NCBI GenBank assembly: GCA_964366435.1 | Contig: CAYITJ010000001.1 | Coordinates: 1 to 58,134 of the forward strand | Reading direction: 5' to 3' | Source of the DNA: an uncultured Candidatus Saccharibacteria bacterium | GTDB lineage: Bacteria; Patescibacteriota; Minisyncoccia; Phycocordibacterales; Phycocordibacteraceae | Length of the DNA stretch: 58,134 nucleotides | Shown: in pieces, positions 32,328-43,218 of the stretch | How the letters are laid out: every line of letters starts with the position of its first letter | How positions within the stretch are numbered: position 1 is the stretch's first letter | Program-made: the position numbers and the translations under genes | Notes under the pieces: model-generated | Database searches by the model: none | What the model was told of the DNA's origin: nothing | The model's input: the letters and a program-made list of their open reading frames with translations, nothing else

Positions 32328-33179
32328 ATGGCTGAAACTAAGTACGTTTCGGAAGATCTGGAGCACGCGGAGGCGGCGTCTTCCTCCGCGCACGCGGAAA
32401 CAGAGACCCACGAGGGTGCAGATTCGCGCGGAAGTGGTCTGCACGTGGTACTTAAGGCGGAGGAAGTTGCCTCTGTCTATGGGTTCCCAATCACTAACAG
32501 CCTCATCATGACGCTGATGGCGTCGGCCATCCTCCTTGGATTTTCTGTACTGTTTTCTCGTAAGCTCGCACTTATTCCGGGCAAGCTTCAGGCTGGCGTA
32601 GAAATGCTCTTTGAAGCAGTGCTTGGCTACATGGCAGAGACACTTGAGAGCGAGACCCTTGCCCGCAAGTTTTTCCCGCTCATTATGAGCATCTTCCTGT
32701 TTGTGTTCGTGGCAAACATGCTCGCATTCCTGCCGGGTGTCGGTTCTATCTTGATTGAACACGCAGGCGCGAACGTGCCCCTCTTGCGTGCGCCTTCTGC
32801 CGACCTCAACATGACGCTCGCGCTCGCTATCATCGCCTTTCTCGTGATTGAGATTGCGGGTGTGGCGATTCTTGGCTTTTTCAAGTACGGGGCAAAATAT
32901 GTTAATTTTAGTTCACCGGTTAACTTCGTGGTGGGCATCATTGAACTGCTGTCCAACGTCGGTCGCCTTATCTCCTTCTCATTCCGTCTCTTTGGAAACG
33001 TGTTTGCGGGCGAGGTGATGATTGCCGTTGCGGTGTTCTTTGTCGCTTGGCTGCTTCCGGTGCCACTTATGGCATTTGAGGTATTTGTGGGCTTTATTCA
33101 GGCAGTGGTGTTCTCTATGCTCACCCTGTTCTTCATAAAGCTCTCTATCATGGAGCCACACGGTGCTGAGAGCCACTAG
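32328..33179 (+). CDS. atpB: F0F1 ATP synthase subunit a
   Basis: It is a multi-TM protein with the conserved SFSFRLFGNVFAGEV motif. The start is set at the ATG at 32328. Confidence 0.9.
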   Translation: MAETKYVSEDLEHAEAASSSAHAETETHEGADSRGSGLHVVLKAEEVASVYGFPITNSLIMTLMASAILLGFSVLFSRKLALIPGKLQAGVEMLFEAVLGYMAETLESETLARKFFPLIMSIFLFVFVANMLAFLPGVGSILIEHAGANVPLLRAPSADLNMTLALAIIAFLVIEIAGVAILGFFKYGAKYVNFSSPVNFVVGIIELLSNVGRLISFSFRLFGNVFAGEVMIAVAVFFVAWLLPVPLMAFEVFVGFIQAVVFSMLTLFFIKLSIMEPHGAESH

Positions 33180-33313
33180 GCTCTTGTCTCGGTGTGGTTT
33201 CGGGATAAGGCTCGGACCAAAATAATTAACAATGTGCACTTCGGTGCGAATAATCACTAGAGTTAGTTCCAGAAGTGTCTAGATGCTAGGCGTGAGCAAG
33301 GTGCGAAGCGAGG

Positions 33314-33328
33314 CGTACTAGAAGTACG
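33314..33328 (+). repeat. CGTAC-N5-GTACG hairpin element, copy 1 (atpB-atpE spacer)
   Basis: gaggcgtactagaagtacg (33310-33328) is 18/19 identical to the reverse complement of 38737-38755. Confidence 0.6.
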
Positions 33329-33364
33329 ACGAGCAAGCGCCGAAGTTCACAACAACGCAGATAG

Positions 33365-33628
<264 letters not shown>

Positions 33629-33679
33629 GTGCACATAAAGACTTCATCTACTTTGTTGCGAGTGCACTTGGCTCCTTCT

Positions 33680-33697
33680 ACGTACAGACTCGTACGT
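33680..33697 (+). repeat. ACGTAC-N6-GTACGT hairpin element, copy 2 (atpE-atpF spacer, more diverged)
   Basis: The hairpin is acgtac-agactc-gtacgt. The flanks are loosely similar to copy 3. Confidence 0.4.
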
Positions 33698-33782
33698 TTC
33701 AGTCGCCAAGCTTCTCGCGCCTCGTAGCTGAAAGCCTTTCTGCACACTTACATACGGGAACTCTGACTTACTAAACTTCACC

Positions 33783-34229
33783 ATGGACCAACTCTTCAGC
33801 GCATTTGGGATAGACGGCAAGCTGCTCATCGCGCAGCTCATCAACTTCGGCGTACTTTTCGTAGGTCTTACCTACCTGTTGTACAAGCCAGTGATGAAGA
33901 CGCTCGACGAGCGCCGTGAAAAGGTCGCCCAGGGCGTGCTAGATGCGCAGGCTGCAAGCGAAAAGCTCGCAACTGCAGACGAGGAAGCGTCAATCAAGGT
34001 GAAGGGAGCAGAAACTGAAGCAGAAGGCATTGTCGCCTCTGCACGCGACCTTGCTGGTACTGAAAAGGCCCGCATCGTAAAGGAAGCAGAGGCTCGCGCG
34101 CAGGCGCTCGAGGCAGACGCTGCAGCGCGTGCAAAGGAGACTGCTGCAAAGGCGCTTCGCGAGAGTGAGCAGGAGATTGCTCGCCTTGCAGTGCTTGCTG
34201 CAGAGAAAGTGCTCCGCGAGAAAGCATAA
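33783..34229 (+). CDS. atpF: F0F1 ATP synthase subunit b
   Basis: It has an N-terminal TM segment followed by a long Ala/Glu/Lys-rich helix, and it sits in the operon position for subunit b. Confidence 0.85.
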   Translation: MDQLFSAFGIDGKLLIAQLINFGVLFVGLTYLLYKPVMKTLDERREKVAQGVLDAQAASEKLATADEEASIKVKGAETEAEGIVASARDLAGTEKARIVKEAEARAQALEADAAARAKETAAKALRESEQEIARLAVLAAEKVLREKA

Positions 34230-34231
34230 GT

Positions 34232-34600
34232 ATGGAGAAAGAGTACGCACAAGCAATCGCAACTATGTCCCGAGAAACGGGGCGTGATCAGGCTGCGCTT
34301 GCCGACGGACTCATAGCGCACCTGCGCAAGACAGGGCGTAGCAAAATGCTTCCGGGCATTCTGCGCGAGCTTACGCTCACCAAGGAGCGCGAGCAAAAGC
34401 TTGCACCGGTGCTTGAAGTAGCAACAGAGAGTGAGACATCCGCCGCCAAGGCATTTCTTGCCAAGGAAGGAGTGGAAGTTGAAACAGTACACGTGAACCC
34501 GAGCCTTATTCGCGGCTGGCGTGCACGCGCGAACGGTCTCCTATGGGACCATTCAGCAAAGCGCGCGCTAACCGACATTTATAAAAAGATTACAAACTAG
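34232..34600 (+). CDS. atpH: F0F1 ATP synthase subunit delta (short form, 122 aa)
   Basis: It sits in the operon position for delta. The C-terminal motif is [26 protein letters not shown]. The N-terminal domain appears reduced. Confidence 0.75.
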   Translation: MEKEYAQAIATMSRETGRDQAALADGLIAHLRKTGRSKMLPGILRELTLTKEREQKLAPVLEVATESETSAAKAFLAKEGVEVETVHVNPSLIRGWRARANGLLWDHSAKRALTDIYKKITN

Positions 34601-34601
34601 T

Positions 34602-36155
<1,554 letters not shown>

Positions 36156-36208
36156 TTACAAGGTTGAACCTTGTAGAGAAACAGACTGTATCTACAACAC
36201 CTCACAGC

Positions 36209-37111
36209 ATGGCACTTAAAGACATCAAAAACAAAATAAAGGCTACCGAGCGCATGAACAAAGTGACACGCGCTATGGAGGCTGTGTCCGCGGTAAAGAT
36301 GCGTAAGACGCAGGCGACGGCACTCAGTGGCCGCTCGTACGCGCGCGCTGCCATCTCTATCCTTGCGCGTCTTTCTGGCACCGAGCATGTTGCAAAGCAC
36401 CCACTCTCTGAGCAGCGCGAGTACAAGCGCGTTGCGCTCGTTGTGATGACCAGCGATAAGGGACTTGCGGGCGCGCTTAATTCAAGTGTGTTGAAGCGCG
36501 CAGTGGAGTCAGTAAAGGAATTCTCAAAGGAGCAGGTGAGTGTGTACGCATATGGAAAGAAGGCAGACGATTTCTTCACCAGTCGTGGGTACACGGTTGC
36601 AGCGCGATACGAGAACAAGAGCGACTCTATCGAGATTGAAACCATGGAAGAGCTCGCTGGCGAGTTGTCTCGTGCGTTTGTTGCTCACGATTACGACAAG
36701 GTCACAGTGGTATACAGCAACTTCAAATCTACCTTTGAACAGGTTGCTACCGAGCGCCGCCTCCTCCCCCTTTCTATGGGAGCTCTCACCGAGATTGTGG
36801 ACGGCATCATTCCGGTGAAGGGTAAGTGGAGCGAAGTGAAGGAGGTGGCAGCTCCTGCCACCTACTCGGTGGAGCCATCAGGCGAGGAGGTGTTGTCTGC
36901 ACTTATTCCTCGCCTGGTTGCCGTTGCGCTCTATCACATGCTGCTTGAATCAAAGGCGAGCGAGCACTCTGCTCGCATGGTTGCAATGAAGAACGCATCC
37001 GACAAATCAAAAGACGTGGTCCGCGACCTCACCCGCACCTATAACAAGGTTCGCCAGGCGGCGATTACGCGTGAGGTGTCGGAGATTATTAGTGGGTCGC
37101 TCGCGACCTAG
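36209..37111 (+). CDS. atpG: F0F1 ATP synthase subunit gamma
   Basis: MALKDIKNKIKATERMNKVTRAMEAVSAVKM is a gamma N-terminus. The C-terminus reads YNKVRQAAITREVSEIISG. Confidence 0.9.
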   Translation: MALKDIKNKIKATERMNKVTRAMEAVSAVKMRKTQATALSGRSYARAAISILARLSGTEHVAKHPLSEQREYKRVALVVMTSDKGLAGALNSSVLKRAVESVKEFSKEQVSVYAYGKKADDFFTSRGYTVAARYENKSDSIEIETMEELAGELSRAFVAHDYDKVTVVYSNFKSTFEQVATERRLLPLSMGALTEIVDGIIPVKGKWSEVKEVAAPATYSVEPSGEEVLSALIPRLVAVALYHMLLESKASEHSARMVAMKNASDKSKDVVRDLTRTYNKVRQAAITREVSEIISGSLAT

Positions 37112-37122
37112 CACGAATACTT

Positions 37123-38696
<1,574 letters not shown>

Positions 38697-38736
38697 CCCA
38701 ATCTACAGCGTTGCACTGCGTCGCTCGACCTTCCAC

Positions 38737-38755
38737 CGTACTGCTAGTACGCCTC
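38737..38755 (-). repeat. CGTAC-N5-GTACG hairpin element, copy 3 (atpD-atpC spacer, inverted relative to copy 1)
   Basis: cgtactgctagtacgcctc has reverse complement gaggcgtactagcagtacg. An outer stem gacct/aggtc flanks it. Confidence 0.6.
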
Positions 38756-38832
38756 CAGGTCTCGCTCGCGTGCGCCTTGTATCTCGGACCATCTGACTTG
38801 CTCAAGAATCCAGGGTAGAATCAAATCAACTT

Positions 38833-39078
38833 ATGGCAAAAACATTTCACCTTTCAGTCGCACGTGTAGCCGAAACGCTCTTTGAGGGCGAGGCTCTTTC
38901 GCTGACTGCTCCTGGTGAGGAGGGTGTACTCACGGTGCTTGCAGGGCACGAGGCACTCGTGACGCCACTTAAGGCCGGAACCATTCGCGTAGTGTCGGCA
39001 GCAGGGGAGACCACCGAGATAGAGGTGCCGCGCGGCATTCTGGAGGTTTCTGACAACCAGGCCACAGTTCTGCTGTAA
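38833..39078 (+). CDS. atpC: F0F1 ATP synthase subunit epsilon, N-terminal beta-sandwich only (81 aa)
   Basis: It carries FHLSVARVAETLFEGEA..GVLTVLAGHEALVTPLKAGTIRV. No C-terminal helical hairpin is encoded. Confidence 0.8.
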   Translation: MAKTFHLSVARVAETLFEGEALSLTAPGEEGVLTVLAGHEALVTPLKAGTIRVVSAAGETTEIEVPRGILEVSDNQATVLL

Positions 39079-39159
39079 AACTCACAGGAGCAGCAACGCT
39101 GTATCAAGGGCATGTGGACATGCTCTGTACGCCATTACATTGGGGTATACTTTTGATAT

Positions 39160-39594
39160 ATGGAAACACATGACTGGAATGAAGACGGCGAGCCAATCGT
39201 ACGTCCGCAGGAAGTAGCCCACTATCACGGCGACCTTGTGCGCATGCTGTTTGTTGCGGCGGCTTTTTTGATGCTCGTAATGCAGTTTACCGGCAACCCA
39301 ATATTTACTACCCCGGCTGCGCTCATTATCTTTGTTTCCGTTCTCGTTATCGCAGCGGGTATTACCAGTCCGGTACAGCGCACCATTCACTGGATTAACC
39401 TGTTTCTATCATTTGTGGGGCTTGCCATCTTTGGCTCACTTGCAACACAACGCCTGCACTCACTTGGCGATTTCTTCACTCACAACGGCATCACCGGCAT
39501 CATTGCGCTTGTCTTCTTGATGGCGCTCTACTTTTCTACGCGCACGGTGCGTGGCTACATGACTCGTTCTAATCCACTAGCCCGCGATCTCTAG
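39160..39594 (+). CDS. hypothetical membrane protein
   Basis: This 144-aa protein has about four hydrophobic segments. Confidence 0.6.
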   Translation: METHDWNEDGEPIVRPQEVAHYHGDLVRMLFVAAAFLMLVMQFTGNPIFTTPAALIIFVSVLVIAAGITSPVQRTIHWINLFLSFVGLAIFGSLATQRLHSLGDFFTHNGITGIIALVFLMALYFSTRTVRGYMTRSNPLARDL

Positions 39595-39616
39595 CCGGTG
39601 CTATACTGACCTCACT

Positions 39617-39853
39617 ATGGGTATGCAAGACTTCCTGCTGAAGCAGGCAATGAAGTGGAAATTAAAGGATATGCCAGCTGCTCAACAGGAGCAGATTATG
39701 GCGCTCGTGCAGAAGAATCCTGAACTGTTTAAGAAGATTGGTGAAGAAGTGGACCGTCGTGTGAAGAAGGGTGGTGAGCCACAGATGAAGGCCACGATGG
39801 AAGTGATGAAGAAGTACCGAGCGGAGCTGGCTGCACTTCAGCAGAGCCTATAA
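39617..39853 (+). CDS. hypothetical small helical protein
   Basis: This 78-aa protein is Lys/Glu-rich and carries no recognised motif. Confidence 0.5.
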   Translation: MGMQDFLLKQAMKWKLKDMPAAQQEQIMALVQKNPELFKKIGEEVDRRVKKGGEPQMKATMEVMKKYRAELAALQQSL

Positions 39854-39861
39854 TTGCGCAC

Positions 39862-40446
39862 ATGAAAGCGAAGAGAATTTTTATACTCCTTGGGCACCCC
39901 GACGCAGGACCAGGGCCACTTTCTCGTCAGCTGGCAGATGCCTACGAAGCTGCAGCGCGTCTAGCGGGACACGAGGTGCGTCGCACTGATTTGTCTGCCA
40001 TGCAGTTTGACCCGATTCTTCACAAGGGATACCGCGCACGACAGGAGCTTGAGGCGGACCTGCTCAAGGTGCAGGAAGACATGACGTGGTGTGAGCACTT
40101 CGTACTCTTCTTCCCAAACTGGTGGGGAGGTATGCCGGCCTTACTCAAGGGCATGTGGGATCGCATGTTCTTGCCACGCTTTGCGTTTTCCATGTGGAAG
40201 AACAAAATGGGTTGGAATGCGCTTCTCAAGGGTCGCTCTGCTCGTGTAGTGATTACCTGCAGCAACCCCGTTATTTTGGATCACCTAGCTTTTGGTGACT
40301 TCTCTGCGTCTATTAAGCGTTCTCTTCTCTCCTTTGCAGGGTTTAGTACTCGCGTCACTGCCGTTGGTCGTTCGGAACGACTATCTGAAGGACAAAAGTC
40401 AGCATGGTTACGCCGTCTTTCAAGATTGGGCCGCAGCGCTCGCTAG
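39862..40446 (+). CDS. flavodoxin-like fold NAD(P)H dehydrogenase (quinone)-family protein
   Basis: It carries RIFILLGHPDAG..GHEVRRTDLSAMQFDPIL, and FFPNWWGGMPALLKG. Confidence 0.75.
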   Translation: MKAKRIFILLGHPDAGPGPLSRQLADAYEAAARLAGHEVRRTDLSAMQFDPILHKGYRARQELEADLLKVQEDMTWCEHFVLFFPNWWGGMPALLKGMWDRMFLPRFAFSMWKNKMGWNALLKGRSARVVITCSNPVILDHLAFGDFSASIKRSLLSFAGFSTRVTAVGRSERLSEGQKSAWLRRLSRLGRSAR

Positions 40447-40449
40447 CGC

Positions 40450-40477
40450 TTGACGAGACACACGGGTGTGCTATAAT
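40450..40477 (+). promoter_or_regulatory. near-consensus extended -10 promoter (TTGACG-16 nt-TGcTATAAT)
   Basis: TTGACG lies at 40450-40455, TG at 40469-40470 and TATAAT at 40472-40477. Confidence 0.6.
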
Positions 40478-40483
40478 TCACAC

Positions 40484-40597
40484 GCAGACGGCGCAAGCGT
40501 AGCTTCAATCAGCCCCTGAAGCTGCGTTGCCCCCCGCACGCGTCGTCTGCACCCCCCCGGCCACTATCTCTTTTATAGATAGTGGTCTTTCTTTTTA
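40484..40597 (+). ncRNA. structured leader or small RNA ending in an intrinsic terminator, upstream of ychF (class unknown)
   Basis: The outer stem is gcagacg/cgtctgc. The inner 9-bp hairpin is cgtagcttc/gaagctgcg. C-rich tracts are present. The terminator is gccactatc..gatagtggt followed by tttcttttt (40559-40597). Confidence 0.35.
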
Positions 40598-40626
40598 TAC
40601 GCAAAGCCCGTAAGGTGTAGATATCT

Positions 40627-41724
40627 ATGCTAAAAATCGGAATCGTAGGGCTACCAAACGTTGGTAAGTCCACCCTCTTCAATGCGCTCACCAAGGCCGC
40701 TGTCCCTGCGGAGAATTATCCGTTCTGCACCATTGACCCATCGGTTGGTGTTGTTGGTGTTCCTGACGAGCGTCAGGACAAGCTGGCCAAGGTCTCAGGC
40801 AGCGAGAAGATTCTACCCGCTGCTATTGAGTTTGTGGATATTGCAGGACTCGTAAAGGGAGCTTCTGAGGGTGAGGGTCTGGGTAATCAGTTCCTCTCAC
40901 ACATCCGTGAGTGTGACGCCATCCTCCAGATGGTGCGCTTCTTTGACGACCCAGACGTAACTCACGTGCACGGCGAAGTGGACCCGGTGCGCGATATGGA
41001 GGTGATTAATCTGGAGCTTATTCTTGCAGATCAGCAATCGGTAAAGAATCGCCGAGAGCGCCTCCAGGGCGATATGCGCGCACAGAAGAAAGATGCCGCT
41101 ATTGAGGACGCCATCCTTGCACGCATCGATCAGGTGATTTCTGCTGGAAAACTCGCAAGTGCAGCAGAGCTTACCGAGGAGGAGGCGAAGATTATTAAAT
41201 CGTTGAACTTGCTTACCCTGAAGCCAATTCTCTACTGCTTTAACGGAAAGGCGGGTGGCCACAACCTGGACGAGGTGAACGATGGGCGTGCAGAGGCCGC
41301 CTACAAGTTTGTAGAGGAGCTCGGGGCACAGTATGTGCAGGTAGATGCGCGTACCGAGCACGAGCTAAACGATGTGGCGGACGAGGATAAAAGCATGTTC
41401 CGCAGCGAGCTTGGCGTACAGGTAGATGGTCTGGAAGCGCTCATTCGGGGCGCCTATCGCACGCTTGGCCTCATCACGTTCTTCACCACGGGACCAAAGG
41501 AAACGCGCGCATGGACCGTGAAGCAGGGAGCACTTGCGCCAGACGCTGGCGCTGCCATTCACAACGACTTTAAGGACAAGTTTATTCGCGCTGAAGTGGT
41601 CCACTGCGACACCCTGCTTGAAGACGGTTCATGGGCAGCAGCACGCGAGAAGGGCCACCTGCAGACAGAAGGAAAGACCTATCCCGTGAAGGATGGAGAT
41701 GTGATGGTGTTCCTCCACAGCTAG
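40627..41724 (+). CDS. ychF: redox-regulated ATPase YchF
   Basis: It carries MLKIGIVGLPNVGKSTLFNALT, FVDIAGLVKGAS and a C-terminal TGS-like FIRAEV. Confidence 0.95.
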   Translation: MLKIGIVGLPNVGKSTLFNALTKAAVPAENYPFCTIDPSVGVVGVPDERQDKLAKVSGSEKILPAAIEFVDIAGLVKGASEGEGLGNQFLSHIRECDAILQMVRFFDDPDVTHVHGEVDPVRDMEVINLELILADQQSVKNRRERLQGDMRAQKKDAAIEDAILARIDQVISAGKLASAAELTEEEAKIIKSLNLLTLKPILYCFNGKAGGHNLDEVNDGRAEAAYKFVEELGAQYVQVDARTEHELNDVADEDKSMFRSELGVQVDGLEALIRGAYRTLGLITFFTTGPKETRAWTVKQGALAPDAGAAIHNDFKDKFIRAEVVHCDTLLEDGSWAAAREKGHLQTEGKTYPVKDGDVMVFLHS

Positions 41725-41757
41725 AGCGTGCCTCTCTGCTGATATACTGAGGGCTAT

Positions 41758-42186
41758 ATGAATATCGCAACACTCTTTGGTCCTCTTGAGATCAGTTTCC
41801 TTATTGGTCTCGCGCTTGCACTTGTCTTGGGCTACATCATCGGTGCTGAACGCGAAAGTCGTGGCAAGGATGCTGGCATCAGTACACACATTCTCGTGAT
41901 TGCTGGCGCCATGCTCTTCACACTGCTCTCAAGCGCGGTGGACCCCATGTCAGAGTCGCGCATTGCGGCTCAGATTGTCTCCGGTATCGGCTTTCTTGGG
42001 GCTGGTCTTATTTTGAAAGAGGGAACCACGGTAAAGAACCTGACCACCGCATCAAGCATTTGGTTTGCAGGAGCTATTGGTATGGCCATTGGCTTTGGGT
42101 ACTTTGGTATAGCAATCATTGCAGCACTTGCCTCTGCAGTGATTCCCCGTATTCCGCATCTAAAGAAGCGAAGTCCCGAGGCATAG
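41758..42186 (+). CDS. MgtC/SapB family membrane protein
   Basis: It carries IIGAERESRGKDAGISTHILVIAGAMLF. Confidence 0.8.
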   Translation: MNIATLFGPLEISFLIGLALALVLGYIIGAERESRGKDAGISTHILVIAGAMLFTLLSSAVDPMSESRIAAQIVSGIGFLGAGLILKEGTTVKNLTTASSIWFAGAIGMAIGFGYFGIAIIAALASAVIPRIPHLKKRSPEA

Positions 42187-42219
42187 AGTAGGTCGCAATG
42201 TGTGGTATAATCCACGCAT

Positions 42220-43206
42220 ATGGAAACAACAACCCAGGCTAGTTCGGTATCTAAGACTTCTCCTAAGGACTTCTTTCTCTGGCTCGGTGCGATTATTGCG
42301 CTGTATGGCAGCATTACCTCCTTCATTGCACTCACGTTTGAGTACATAAATTACAGCTTCCCTGACGCACTTGCAGGCTACGGTGACCCGTACGGGGGTG
42401 CCGTGCGCTTTGCTATGGCAGCGCTTATTGTCATGGTGCCTACATTGGTCGCGCTTTTCTACTTCATCCGCAAATCAATTAGTGAGGAGCCTGGAAAAGC
42501 GAATATCTGGGTGCGTCGCTGGGCAATTGTGCTTACGCTTTTCATTGCAGCAATCACGATATTGATTGACCTCATCACGCTCATCAATACCTTCCTCGGT
42601 GGCGAGCTGAGCGTTCGCTTTGGACTTAAGGTGCTTATCGTACTCCTTGTAGCGCTCGGTGTATTCCTCCACTTCCTTGCGGACCAAAAGGGGTACTGGC
42701 TCCACAACGTAAAGAAGGCGAATATGGTGGGTATCGCGGTCGGTGTCCTCGGACTGGTAGCCGTAGTATCTGGGTTCTTTATCATCGGCACACCAGGCGA
42801 TGTGCGCATGCTTCGCTACGACGAGGAAAAGGTGCAGCACCTCTCGGGCATTCAGTCGCAGGTGGTATACCACTGGCAGACCAAGCGTGAATTGCCAGCT
42901 ACGCTCGACGAGCTTTCTGACCCACTTAGTGGCTACAGCATCCCAGTGGATTCGCAGACTGGTGGACAGTACACGTACAAAGTAGAGAGCGATCTTTCGT
43001 TCTCACTCTGCGCAACGTTCAATAAGCCAACGCCTGACATGAAGGGACGCGGAGCATACGAAACAAAGTACGATGTTTCGTACCCTGGTATCGGTGGAGT
43101 TGATGAGAATTGGCAGCACGGTGCTGGAGAGACCTGCTTTACTCGCACTATTGACCCGGACCGCTATCCAAAGACAACAGACGCGCAGGAGGCAACCCTC
43201 TACTAA
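42220..43206 (+). CDS. DUF5671-like membrane protein with an extracytoplasmic C-domain
   Basis: It carries FFLWLGAIIALYGSITSFIALTFEYINYSFPD and several further TM segments. The C-terminal part has a pilin-like ELPATLDEL..YTYKV. Confidence 0.65.
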   Translation: METTTQASSVSKTSPKDFFLWLGAIIALYGSITSFIALTFEYINYSFPDALAGYGDPYGGAVRFAMAALIVMVPTLVALFYFIRKSISEEPGKANIWVRRWAIVLTLFIAAITILIDLITLINTFLGGELSVRFGLKVLIVLLVALGVFLHFLADQKGYWLHNVKKANMVGIAVGVLGLVAVVSGFFIIGTPGDVRMLRYDEEKVQHLSGIQSQVVYHWQTKRELPATLDELSDPLSGYSIPVDSQTGGQYTYKVESDLSFSLCATFNKPTPDMKGRGAYETKYDVSYPGIGGVDENWQHGAGETCFTRTIDPDRYPKTTDAQEATLY

Positions 43207-43218
43207 TCTTGGGCTGGT

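Noticed and set aside
43075-43092. This would be a further copy of the GTACG hairpin motif (gtacgatgtttcgtac).
   Set aside because: It lies inside a coding region, has the opposite arm order, and shares no flanking similarity with the atp spacer elements. It is probably chance.
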